64,000 bases of DNA from Podarcis cretensis (lineage: Eukaryota): the NCBI GenBank assembly GCA_951804945.1, contig OX638161.1:26226001-26290000 (forward strand), in the 5' to 3' direction. Numbering within the stretch: position 1 is the stretch's first letter; every line of letters begins with the position of its first letter. A program made the translations under genes and the position numbers. Below are positions 1 through 12,741 of the stretch, in pieces. The notes under the pieces are model-generated. The model made no database searches. It was not told the origin of the DNA and was given only the letters and a program-made list of their open reading frames with translations.

Positions 1-28
1 CTTCCTGTAGTAGGCTTTCCCTCGATAG

Positions 29-235
<207 letters not shown>

Positions 236-614
236 TAGCAAGTTTTGTGTCTGAGAATTCTGCTCCCCAAGTTTGGCACCCCTTCTCTAACTACCACATG
301 CAGCATTAAGGATCATTTGATTATCAAGGCCTGCTAGAGATTATTGGTAACACTTTCTGAGGCTTGTATGTTTGCATCAGTGAGCGGAAGGGACTTCAGA
401 CATAGATTTTAAAAATCAAGGATTTCGGAATCTCTTGTGGTGGTGTGTGCACCCACACATTCAAACTATTTTGATACTCTTGGGTTGTCCTGACCAACCA
501 TTTCCCATCAGTGGAGAGGTTCAGTACCTAGTCATATGTACTAATTTCACACACATCCACTTTGATGGCTATCATTTTGTTATCCTTGGGTGGGGCAGAA
601 GCAAGCCTACCTGA

Positions 615-920
<306 letters not shown>

Positions 921-1277
921 TAAATGAAGGTGTGGGTAATAGTGGGGACCTTATAGTTTAGTCACTTGTTACATTAAGGCTGTACTTTTACAGAGAAAGC
1001 CTATGTGGTTTGTTCCAGAGCAGGGTAGACAATACAAAAAGAAAAAAAGCCCACATCCATTTTTGTGGGAGGGATATGGAAGGAATAATGAGAGTTTAAT
1101 GCATATATTCAGGGTGGGATTGGAGCTGAGACTTCATCTTGTCCAACAGATGGTATACAAAAAGGTTACTAAATTGTGTAGAATTCGGGTAGCCATTTAA
1201 CTGCTTGGAAGTTTGATCTCTGCTACTGGCCTTTTTGCCTTTCTGACTTTATTTCTAATGTACTTTCTCTTTGGCAG

Positions 1278-1331
1278 GTTATGCAAAAAGACAGTGAGAA
1301 GAATATGTCTATCAAGAAGCTGTGGAAATAA
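1278..1331 (+). CDS. PSMC5: PSMC5 last coding exon
   Basis: ggcag|GTT ATG CAA...AAA TAA; VMQKDSEKNMSIKKLWK*. Confidence 0.97.
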   Translation, partial: VMQKDSEKNMSIKKLWK

Positions 1332-1413
1332 GTTGCTGTCCCAACCCAAGCAAGTGAATTCCGACCTCATTCTCCACTGTAATCTTTACACCCCAATGTC
1401 CCTCCCCCCTCTT

Positions 1414-1419
1414 AATAAA
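1414..1419 (+). terminator. PSMC5 polyadenylation signal (AATAAA)
   Basis: First AATAAA after the stop codon, followed by GT-rich sequence. Confidence 0.75.
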
Positions 1420-2475
1420 ACTTAATATTAACAGTTGTGCTTGTAAATAGAGGAAGGAGAAGAAAGCACAAAATTTGTGCTTAAATACTTATCTATTCAT
1501 TCAGTTCTACAGAAAATTAGCTCCCAGAAGCAGAGGCCTGTCTTTTGGTACAATAGATTTCACTCCACTGACTGTGGGAAGGTAAAATGTTGAAGCACTG
1601 TTAAGGCCCAAAGTCAAATAGCTATATTTGAAAAGCCTCTTTAATGCCATTCTTAATTGAATGCTATGTTAAACAACCTAAGTGTTGGTATTTCCCAGTG
1701 TATCTTTTCCTCAAATCATGACGAGTGGGCTTGTGAGTCTTTCGACCCATCAAATATCAATTCTCTGTCCTAGAGCCCTTATAGGGTTGGTATGAAAAGA
1801 GAACTGCTGGGAGATTATGATTTATCATGATCTGTATGAAACAGTGTTATTGTTCAAGGAAGCCTGTCTTTGGAGTACTTAACTAGAAACTGTGATCAGG
1901 AGAAATTTTAAAGTGAACTGATTAAATTTGCTGGCCTCGGATTGTTACTCAGATCACACATTTCTATAATTCGGTGTCATTTTAGACAAATGTGTGCAAG
2001 GGTGAGGAACCTGTGCCCTTCCTGATGTTGAGTGGCAGTTCTCATTGGCTCCAGCCAGCATGCCTCAAAAGGAGGAGTCCAACATCTGGAGCACCACAGG
2101 CTACCACTACAAGGCTACAATACAGCTAAAAAGAAATGGCGTTCATTAGCTAGATTTTGTTACATATAATTTTTAGTGCTAAAATGAAGCTGCGTAAAAG
2201 AAATCTTGGGAAAAAGTAATGCATACTAGGTCCCCAAGTGCTTCAAAGTGGGCAAATTTAAAGAAGTAGCTTGTTGTGAGACAGCAGGCCTACTTCCACC
2301 TCCCATTCTTCCACCTCCAAAGCCAGAGCGCAGAAAGGTGGCAGGGGTGCAGCAATTAGCTGGAGGACCTACTCCAAAGAACTGGCTGTCTGAAATTTTC
2401 AAATTACAGAAAAAATTATCACTGTGGTAGCCAGAACTTGTCTGCTTTGTAGAGATTCTCACAATGAATTTAGCA

Positions 2476-2785
2476 CAGTGGTGCCTCGCAAGACGAAAAG
2501 AATCCGTTCCGCGATTCTCTTCGTCTAGCAGTTTTTTCGTCTTGCGAAGCAAGCCCATTGACGGCTTAGCGGATTAGCGCTATCAGCGGCTTTTAGCGGA
2601 TAAGCAGATAAGCGGCTTAGAAAGGGGGGGGGAGGGGAAAAAAGTTGGAAAAACTCGCAAGACATTTTCGTCTTGCGAAGCAAGCCCATAGGAAATTCGT
2701 TTTGCGAAGCACCTCCAAAACGGAAAACCCTTTCGTCTAGCGGGTTTTTCGTCTTGCGAGGCATTCATCTTGTGGGGCACCACTG
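2476..2785. mobile_element. Tc1/mariner (pogo/Tigger-like) MITE
   Basis: ~22-bp TIRs CAGTGGTGCCTCGCAAGACGAA / TTCATCTTGTGGGGCACCACTG; TA on the right, CA on the left; internal TCGTCTTGCGA repeats. Confidence 0.8.
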
Positions 2786-3116
2786 TATTCCATGTAATAC
2801 CTGTTCAACTGGACCTTGAGCATAAGAGCTTATAAATTACTTGTGTCTCACTTATAGCATGGCAGTGAACCTTGCATAAGCAAAGCAAGGATGTGGCAGC
2901 TGTGGCCCATTGGATATCACTGGCGTCCTAATTCGCATCAGCCCTAACCATTAGGGCCAGAGATGATGGGCGCTGTAGCTCAACAACGCCTGGTGAACCA
3001 CAGTTCCCTCATCCTGCTACAGCTGAAAGGTACATCTGCTCCTCGAGAGCAGCCTCCGTTTGTAGGGCAGAAGAGAAATCAGGCAAGCTTAATTCAAGCT
3101 GCTGCTTAAGAGTAAT

Positions 3117-3122
3117 TTTATT
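3117..3122 (-). terminator. Probable SMARCD2 polyadenylation signal
   Basis: TTTATT on + (AATAAA on -), ~880 bp past the SMARCD2 stop. Confidence 0.65.
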
Positions 3123-4001
3123 AGAAAACATTCAACATAGAAACTGGTAACATTCTTGTTCATAGTGAGTGAACATCCCATCAGCTCCTACTTGGCCAAC
3201 TACATCTCAAGAGAAGGACCAGAAAGCAAGGAGGATATATTCTAGATTTAAGTGCCGAGGGGCCAGGAGCTTGGGGACTGAAGGCACTTGGGGTGGGGGG
3301 TGGCAAGAAGGCTCAAGCAAATCTCCCCTTGGCTGGTAGCCTCAAATGTTTCCTGCAGTACATGTGGCCTTGACCGAAGAGGAACAGGTCTCCACTATTC
3401 ACTTTTTAAACTTCGTGCTGGAGAACCATGGAAGAAATATCAACTGATTGTCATTAACAGAACAGCAAAACAAACAAACCCCTCTTCAGAACCATGCTGT
3501 TTCAGAGGGAGGAAGGGCACCAATACATATTAACAACAAACTTCCCGTTACAAAAAAAACCAAACCTGCTCCCAAAAAAAAGAGATAGTGCAAAGACTAA
3601 ATGCCAGCAAGCAAGGCTGACACTTTGGAATGGATGAAGCTTTGGTTAAAAATTGAGCAGCAGTAGCAGCCACCCAACATTGCAAGGGAGGCTGCTGAGA
3701 CTCAGCTAAGAGGTAGAAGGCAACTCAAAAATTCCCAGTGTCCCAGAGGCAAAGCACATAGGAAGGGTAAAGGGTGGGGGGGGGGTCTGAGGAGCTCACT
3801 TTTCTCTCTAAAGGAGGTTTTAAGCCTTGTATAATCCCCAGGTGGATACTGAATAAGCTTCCCCCCTATCCCCAAATGAGACAATGGGGGCAGAACTCCC
3901 CCAGCCCTGATAGAGGCAGAGGATTTTGGACAAGCATTGCCTGGCTGCTGGTCCACTCCAAAGTACCACAAGGTGCAGAAGGGGTGCTGAAGGTGGCAGC
4001 G

Positions 4002-4055
4002 CTAGGTAAGGCGAACGCCAAGCACTTGTTCCAGTTCTTGTCTGCGCTGCTGAAC
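4002..4055 (-). CDS. SMARCD2: SMARCD2 exon 13
   Basis: VQQRRQELEQVLGVRLT*; acceptor tccag. Confidence 0.95.
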   Translation of the reverse strand, partial: VQQRRQELEQVLGVRLT

Positions 4056-4452
4056 CTGGAAGATACAAGAAGGTCACAGTGATGAGCAGGAGCAAATAAG
4101 CACAGCCAGGCATACGTTTTGCCTCCCATGGCAGAAGCACAGTGAGGCCTTCCTTGCTCTCCAAGGGCAAGAGTCTGATTCTCAGGTGTACAATCACTGA
4201 GGAAAGTAAATGGGAGAAGAATGGAGCAAGTGGAGGCTGTAGATCACTTGCTGGGATCAGCTGTTAAGCAGCAGTAACAAAAGGAATCTAGGGAAGGGGC
4301 AAAAAGAAAGCAAGAAAGGCGATTATTGGGGTGTGCTGGAACTGAAAATAACATCCTCCCTCCATGGCCAAGTCCAGGTTGGGAAGATGCCGCATGACTT
4401 TAAATAATAGCGAATGCCATATAAACACTTTGCAGAAATAGCCTCTCCAGAC

Positions 4453-4554
4453 CTTGGCAAAGATGTGTCTCCCAACAGCCTCCTGCATCCACGGTTGTTG
4501 GTAGAACTCCGCACGCCTCTCCTCTTCAGGGTTCCCAACCACGTCGGTGATGAT
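4453..4554 (-). CDS. SMARCD2: SMARCD2 exon 12
   Basis: [34 protein letters not shown]; AG/GT flanks. Confidence 0.95.
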
Positions 4555-5204
4555 CTAGAGCAAAATGGGGGGAAAGGGGAAGCTATTTCCTGTGCTGCCA
4601 ATGTTGAGAGTTTCAAAACAGCGACTGCAGCAAGATTACTAAAACTGCCTTGTTGAGTGTCACTATAACCCAGCAATGTGTGCAACAGAGGCCAATGAGA
4701 TGCTCACAAACATGGCACTGGTATCTCTCTTAGTTTCATCTGTTTGGCACTCTCGCGCCTTTTCAAAATACTACATTTCCAGCTGGAATACATCAATGAT
4801 TTACTTTGCACATTTCTGCCAGTCTCCAAGAATCAAAACGTTCCTGAATTATTTTAACTGGCAAAGGAGGAAGGGGTAGACTAGGTGGACAAAAGACAGG
4901 GAACATGTTAGACATGGCTTACATATAGGGAATTGGGCTGAGCATGGAGAGAAACTAACATCAAAGGCCTGGGCAATCCCACTGTCTTGTCCTACAAGGG
5001 TCACAAGCCGGAATTGTGGCTGCAAATCAATGTATATAAGTTAATGGGAACCCAGTGTTGCTTTTGTGGAACAGAGAGATCTTTGGCCTTGCATTTGTGC
5101 TATTTTTATTTCTGTGCTAGGCTGTATTTGCTCTTGTGTTTACTTTTGCTGCTGCATTTGGCCATTTTTTCCCTGTTCCATGGGTTAGTGTTCTTACATA
5201 TTAA

Positions 5205-5566
5205 AGGTAAAGGTAAAGGTACCCCTGCCCGTACGGGCCAGTCTTGCCAGACTCTGGGGTTGTGCGCCCATCTCACTTAAGAGGCCAGGGGCCAGCGCTG
5301 TCCGGAGACACTTCCGGGTCACGTGGCCAGCGTGACATCGCTGCTCTGGCGAGCCAGAGTCGCACACGGAAACGCCGTTTACCTTCCCGCTGGTAAGCGG
5401 TCCCTATTTATCTACTTGCACCCGGAGGTGCTTTCGAACTGCTAGGTTGGCAGGCGCTGGGACCGAGCAGCGGGAGCGCACCCCGCCGCAGGGATTCGAA
5501 CCGCCAACCTTTCGATCGGCAAGCCCTAGGCGCTGAGGCTTTAACCCACAGCGCCACCTGCGTCCC
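5205..5566 (-). mobile_element. Sauria SINE, full length
   Basis: tRNA-like head GGGACGCAGGTGGCGCTGTGGGTTAAAGC, (ACCTTT)n tail, 13-bp TSD TCTTACATATTAA at 5192-5204 and 5571-5583. Confidence 0.9.
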
Positions 5567-5951
5567 TCACTCTTACATATTAACACTGATTATTTGCAAC
5601 TGTTCATATCTGAATTCTATTTATTGCTCTTCATTTGTTATGTCATGAGATGCCTTGGGAACAATCTTGTGGAAAAGCAAGATGCAAATAATTGAATGAC
5701 TTCGGGTGCAGCGAGTGGTCAGGGAGCATTAGAAGCTGTAGAAGCTGTAGCACTGAAGCTGTGTCATGCAAGAGGAGCCCCAGCACCACCATGCATACCC
5801 TTATGCTACAATCCTATACACACACATCCCTGGGGGTAAGCTCCATTGAACTCACTGGGATTTCCTTCTGGGCAGACATGCATAGAATTGTGCTGATAGT
5901 CCTTTTGCACACCCCTACCTGGTTTCTTCAGAGCCCAGTCCCTAAATTTAC

Positions 5952-6074
5952 CTTCAAGTCCCTCTGCTGAGATCTGATCCACTCCTGGATGAAGTCCTGG
6001 GGATTGTTGCTGAAACTCAGCATAAAATCTCGCTGTGTCTTCAGCTGGTTGATCGACTCAATGGTTTCATGGAT
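5952..6074 (-). CDS. SMARCD2: SMARCD2 exon 11
   Basis: [41 protein letters not shown]. Confidence 0.95.
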
Positions 6075-7390
6075 CTAAATGTGAATAAAGGATATAGGGG
6101 GTTTTGATGAAGGAAAAGAAGTGCTCCTCAGACTGAATAAGTCCTGACTACTGATTCAGGGGCCTGCAGGTTTAGGCCAGCACAGGGCGACAGGGAAGAA
6201 AACAGTAGAGACAGAAGTATGACATTTGGAGGTAAGAGGAACGGAAGCACTTCCCACCATAAAGCAATGGCTTCATGTTGCCTGACAATTTGGGGTAGGG
6301 AAGGAAGACCTAAAGAGAAAGGAGTATCAGATACAGACACAAAGTATTGGAAAGATTAAGTGCCTAGTTTTCTATATCGTTTAACTTCCTCTCAAGCCTT
6401 GCCCTCCTTTCTTCCTCCATAATCGCCAGCCCTTCAGGCACAGTCTCTCCCCACCCCCAGGTCTATGTGCGTTCACAGTAATTTGTACTAACTCCTTAGG
6501 CTAGAGCAAGCTATATAACCAGAGTTCTAGAACGAGGATCCCTGCTTTTTTTTTTTTTTTTTTGCAGTACAATACTTTTGCAAATTAGGTTAGCATGCTT
6601 AGTCAGCAATGATTATGCAATGGGTTTGCATAATTTTGCAGATGGGAGAAAGTAGAAAAAAGGTGGGAGGAAGAGAGCAAGATACAGAAAAAATGTATAG
6701 AGTAAGGACTGGATGGTCTTGGAGGTGAGATGTTCTGCTGCCATCACTGGTCTCTGTTCGTCAGAGCTAAAAACCTTGTTTAAATCCCACTCCCAAAATC
6801 AACTCCATGTTCTGAACACTCTGAATCCAATCTGTCATGGGTTCTGTTGGTTGCCATGCAGAATCCTAGCCCACCTGTTTACAGACAGCAAGAAGAGAGC
6901 CAGCCATCTGCCTAGACTTCCAACTCTCCAGATGCCAGTCTATTCACAGCTTGCCAACTTGCTCCTCCCCATTCCCCCTGCTCTTAAGACCAAATCCTAC
7001 CTACTTGCTGTGTAACAGAGTCAATGCTTTTCTAATACCCCCCAAAAAAGAATTCAGAATTTCAGATTATACAAAACTACTTCAGTATGTAGGAAAACAA
7101 GACGTGCAGCCTACTCAACAAAAATGGGACAACTTGCACAACCTTGCTTTACTTGCACTGTTTATTGCAAGTACAGAATTTGAAATTAATACAAAATATT
7201 AGATTGCCAAAGCCAGGTTGGATAGGTAAATGCCGCACTATCTTGAAAACAGGTAGAGGCATCCCCTGCTTATATTTTGGGGATAAGCTGAGTGCCCCTG
7301 CAGGGCAAGGAGAGCATTACAGCACTCCCAAAGTTTGTAAGGTGGTATGCTTGATTCTGCTTCCTGCCCCAATGGTCACCAGGGCCCTAC

Positions 7391-7526
7391 CTTGACATCC
7401 AGGGAGGCAATTTCCTGCTGGTTGGTAGTGGAGGCCAAGAAGTTGCTCATTTGGGCCTTCAAGGGGTCATCCACTTCCACATCAATGTCGTAACAGGCAG
7501 TCTTCTTCTGGTCATTAGGGTCCACA
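7391..7526 (-). CDS. SMARCD2: SMARCD2 exon 10
   Basis: (S)[45 protein letters not shown]. Confidence 0.95.
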
Positions 7527-8531
7527 CTGGAGGGGTGGGTAGGGACAGGAGGCTGGGATGAGGGCTGAGAATCTACATCTCCCCAAGAGCTGTTCCTTCA
7601 CCAGCACCCCACAAATATTAGGATTAGGAATTGACTCTCTCATACCCAACTGCCCCATAGGGCTTCAACAGAGGAGAAACAGAGTAATCTGAATGGCATG
7701 GGTACACCCAAATTAGGATGCACAAATACATATGAATCCAAGGAAACTAATATAGCATGTTCCAAAAATATTTTTATTTATTTGAAGTATGCATATGCTG
7801 CCTTTCCTGGACTCAAGGAAGAATTATAATATAGAAATTAAAGCAGACAATGAAACCACATCATAGCAAATTTCATAAGCAGGAAAACACATCAACCTCA
7901 GAAAGTAAAATAAATGGACCTCACAGTCTTTTCAAAAGCATACTACAGAAGAACTAATCTTTTTTAGGCTTGAAACTAGTTCTGACACACACAAAAATCA
8001 CATTTATATATGCTGCTCCAGTGGCAGAAAGCTTCCATCACTTCCTAGATACACCAACAGCATCTCCTTCAGATGTCCTGGAGAAAAAACTCCACCCTAC
8101 CCTGATACTAATTTTTATAAATATTGTTTATCTTCTTAAACAGTTCTATGAAACAAGCCAACATTATTCCCATTTCACAGACGGGAACTCAGGAAACACA
8201 TGGCTTGTCCCAAGGCCAAATATGATTGTCCATGGAAGAGGTGGGATCCCCCCACATATTACTATGATTGAGATTATACTATCTCCCCTTTCTCTCTCTG
8301 ATGGAAGCTGCATTCCAGAGAGAGATAACAACCAATCAGAGCACAGATGGGGAGCCTCTTCAGACCTGAAACCCTCCAGGTGTTGCTGGACTCCATCTCC
8401 CATCAGCCCCAGCCACCAAGGCCACCGATCAGGAATGATGGGAGTTACAGGCCACTAACATTGGTAGTCCCAGGTTCCAACCCCTGAATTAAGAGCTTGC
8501 TCAGTTTCAGCTCCTGCCATGCCAGCCCTAC

Positions 8532-8629
8532 CTGATCACATGGTTGATAACAATGGGATCTGGATGTTGCAGGAGCCCCGCCAACTTCATGGGGATCTCA
8601 GAGAATCGCATGCGGATGCAGCCAAAGAT
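8532..8629 (-). CDS. SMARCD2: SMARCD2 exon 9 (SWIB domain, C-terminal part)
   Basis: [32 protein letters not shown](S). Confidence 0.95.
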
Positions 8630-8733
8630 CTAGAATGGATCAAGAGAGCATGCCATGAATAAGCCCTGAGGCAAAAGACGGGGTGGGAGGGAAGTAGAGA
8701 TGGGGCAGGGAGGCAAGCCATGTATCTACTGAC

Positions 8734-8895
8734 CTGGCGAAAGTATCGGTTGCAGTTGATGTACTCTCGCTCATGACTGTCCTGGAGCTTGTTGTGTTTG
8801 ATGTAGAGCCACAGAGCCTGCATGATGCTGGCCCGAGTCTGAGTGTGAACGCCCAGAAGGCGAGCCAAACGGGGATCCAGCTTGTACTGGGGAGG
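8734..8895 (-). CDS. SMARCD2: SMARCD2 exon 8 (SWIB domain)
   Basis: PPQYKLDPRLARLLGVHTQTRASIMQALWLYIKHNKLQDSHEREYINCNRYFRQ. Confidence 0.96.
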
Positions 8896-9526
8896 CTGCA
8901 AGGGTAATATTGCCTGGTTAATATGCACTTGAAGTAGGGTCCTCTGTAACCTCAGACCAAACTGAGTGTTGCAACCTGCTTGCATCTCCAAATCAGGAAT
9001 GATTAATGGGACCCATCTGAATAACCATCAAGAGAGAGAGACAATCTGTAGCCAAGTGGTTATCCCAGGCAGACTCTGGCCAGGCCTCCGAACCACCCAC
9101 CCCACCTGCCAGTTCTAATCCATAAGCAGAAACATTCATGAAAAGGAAGTCTGTTTTCATACTCCAAATGAATTACAGTCAACAGAAAGTCTGCAAGAGC
9201 ACCAGCCTCTGAATCCAGTGCCTTCTCATTCTCAGTTGTATCTTCATAGTCCTACTTGGGCTGGAAACTTACTTTTTAAATCACAAGCACTGAGATTAAT
9301 AGGAATTCAAATTCAGCACAATACTATGGTATCCTCAAGAAGGAGAACAGCTGTACATATAGCTGGAGGAAGTAAAGCCACACGATTTGTGATAATAAAA
9401 TATGGAGAAAGAAGCTTCTGATCTAGTACTGCTGTGCCATGAACGTAATGTGCTTGGGAACCTGATAATTTCAGGGCACTACAACTCTCCTGCTCTCACC
9501 ACCTACTGGCGCTTGTTCCCTGTTAC

Positions 9527-9628
9527 CTGATGATCCAGCATGAGCAGAAGGGTGCATTTCACATTGACATCGCCTGGGCGCTTGACTTGGAAGCCATCTG
9601 TCTCTTGGGTTGTGGCCATCCGGTGCCA
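9527..9628 (-). CDS. SMARCD2: SMARCD2 exon 7
   Basis: [34 protein letters not shown]. Confidence 0.95.
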
Positions 9629-10494
9629 CTGAAAGGGAAAAAGCCATATGAGATAGTGCAAGACAAACATGGGGAACAAACTGGTTCATTTTACCACACA
9701 GTAGCTGATATTTTAATGGTTGGTTTTCATGTTTTACCCTTGCTCTTCTAATCGGGTGGGGTTACAGAAGTTTTTATACTATTATCATCTCAAATATCAA
9801 CAGAACACATATGGGAAACAGCCCAGCCTTATCCACTACTCTTACTCCATCCCCGGTATCTGAAGGAACCATGCAAGCCTCTCCAATGCTGTTCAATTAA
9901 TCCAAAAGCGCTTTAAATGAAGTCACTGAGACTGCGAAATATCACAGTTCTAGCGATGGTGTAAAAAGGAACTGAAGACACTTCAATAGCATCTGTGCTA
10001 AAGGAAAGTTCTTTTTTTATTTGTATACATGATGTCAATCTTATAGACACACACACACGGGAACCTTTAACTAAACTAAGTGTGCCATTATGTGTCTATG
10101 TTGTGTGAAGTGGTGGAGATCACCATACGCAAAGGCTTCTCTAAGAATACTAGCACATGGTTCCACACAGTGATTGAGTAAACTGTTGGTTTGGACATGG
10201 GAGATGCAGTCATTAAGCTCCCAATGTAGCACAGAACCTAGTTTACCAAACAGGTTTGCGGTGAAGATAACCGAGACAGCATTGGAAGCATTCTGTATGC
10301 AATGGAAAGTTCTACAGAAATGAACACTGGTTATTGGTGGGGGGAACAGAACTTAGCTGGATACAACCACATGCCAGTACATAGCTCATCTTAAACCAAA
10401 TCCAGGAACACCATCTGACCCCTCTTTGGAAACTGTTCTCTCCAGCAGTTATGATTCCAGGACCTGACCAATCATCTGCAAATGAGGCCAATCA

Positions 10495-10773
<279 letters not shown>

Positions 10774-11629
10774 CTAAAAGTGAAGGACAAACAAGCGGGG
10801 CCAACTCTGCCAATGAGGGACATCATTTAGCTTGCGCAATGTTAGGAGCGATACAGCCACTACTGACATCATCACTGTTATTGTGCTTTTCTGAAGAAAA
10901 TGAGGGCCTTTCTATGAGACTGGGGAGAAAGAAGCTCTGGAAGAACTGGGAATTTTATAAAGTCTACATTCCATGAAGGTTGCTAGTTAAATGAGGAACA
11001 GTCCTTACTGTTGTGGAGTCTGAAATAATGCACTTTGCTATGTTCTTCAGCAATGAGATCATTTGGATCCTTTCAATTAGATTTGTCAATCCAAACTCTG
11101 GGAGGTGGGGATTTATGGCGCTAACATGCAGCCAAGTTGAAAGGGAAACATCAAACTGTCTTTTTCCACAAGGGAGTCGGAAAGAGCTAAAACAAATAAC
11201 TGTGTCAAGAGATGAAGTTCCAGGTCTTATTGACAATTAAAAATTAGCAAATTATCAGGTCCATATAGTATCTACCCAAGAATTCTTAAGGAACTCAAAT
11301 ATGATCAAACAGGAGAGTTCTATTGCCCTCATGTCTGCTTGTTTGCTTCCTATAGGCATCTGGTTGGCCACAGTGGGAAACAGGATGTTGAACTAGATAG
11401 GTCTTTGGTTTGCACAAGCAGGACAAGGTGAAGGGAAGACACACAAGACGAGTCTTCTCCTGTATGGACAAGCGCTGAGGGTGCAGAGCTGGCTAGCTGA
11501 GATAATTGGGTGGGCCCATGTGTGCATGTATGAGTGATATAGGGTGTTTACCCTGAACTGATCTCCAGGGAAGCCTACATCAGCCACTTTCCACAAAGCT
11601 ACCTATCAGCAGGGATGTTTCAGCCTTAC

Positions 11630-11749
11630 ATCGTCTAAGAGTTTGCCTTCCACACGAAGTTCCCACGAAGCTATGCGTTCACTGCCTTCAGATTCTTCCT
11701 TGCCAGGCGTAAAGGTATTGGAGATGTAAATGCGAAGCTTCCGCTTTTG
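11630..11749 (-). CDS. SMARCD2: SMARCD2 exon 5
   Basis: [40 protein letters not shown]. Confidence 0.95.
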
Positions 11750-11983
11750 CTGAAGTTTGGAGAGAAACATTCACTAAGGACAGCAATGGGATCAATTCAA
11801 CCACACACCAATTCCTTTCCACAGGTCTGGTCCTTCTTCCCAAGGCAACCTGAGCTGGCAGTGTATGTTGCTTCTATAACTGAAGCCTCAGACTGCCAAG
11901 GAACACCCTGAAGGAATTGATCCTTTCGCTATCTCCATCCCTGAAGGACTTGACTAACTCAGTCTCCTTCCATCCCTCCTCAC

Positions 11984-12106
11984 CGTCAAAGGTTTCTTGA
12001 TTGCCTCCTGGATTTCCATCCTCTTGCGGGCAATAGTCTGGTCCAGCTTGCGCTCAAAGGCCAGTAAATCCATGTAGGCCTGAGACTCTGGGACTAGCTC
12101 ACGAAT
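11984..12106 (-). CDS. SMARCD2: SMARCD2 exon 4
   Basis: [41 protein letters not shown]. Confidence 0.96.
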
Positions 12107-12698
12107 CTGTGAAGACAGAGTCTATCAGGATGCCATCTCTATCAAGACAAGCATCCTTTGCCTCTGAGTAATTAGACAGAAGGGGAATTTCAATGAGTTC
12201 AACTATCCAAGAATTGTATCATGTTCCCCATCACTCCCAGCATGAAGACTTACCTATTCCTGCTCTGCATATCATTGGGAAAAGGGGACAAGGGGGGCTT
12301 TATTCCCCTTTAGCAAAGGGTCAATATCCTTCCATCTCACAATCACTTTCTATGATTGTTTTGAGGATAATTACTTTGCAAATTAAAGTTGATTAACAAT
12401 TGTAATAATGGCCTGATTGACTGGAATTCTTGAAAGATTGGCCAGCCCAGTGGGAACAGCTGTGACATATGCAGCAAAATCTTCCAACACCCTCTAAAAT
12501 ACTGGGTTTATTATCCTCCCATTGCACAACTATATACGAACAGCTCACTCCAAAAAACTGCACACCCGAAGAATTATTCTAGAAAGAGCTGGCATAGCCT
12601 TGAGCCCTGCAATCTGTTTCTACCCATTTCTACAACATGTGCCCACTGCCTGCATCCTTCATTGAGGCCGAGAGCTCTCTCAGACAAGGAGCACTTAC

Positions 12699-12741
12699 CC
12701 TCTGTGGCAGGACCTTGTCTGCCATCTTCCTCCTTTTGAGC
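12699..12741 (-). CDS. SMARCD2: SMARCD2 exon 3
   Basis: (G)LKRRKMADKVLPQR; tgcag / gtaagt. Confidence 0.95.

Noticed and set aside
2476-2785. Regularly spaced TCGTCTTGCGA repeats, superficially CRISPR-like
   Set aside because: Internal repeats of a TIR-bounded MITE in a vertebrate genome; irregular spacing and no cas genes
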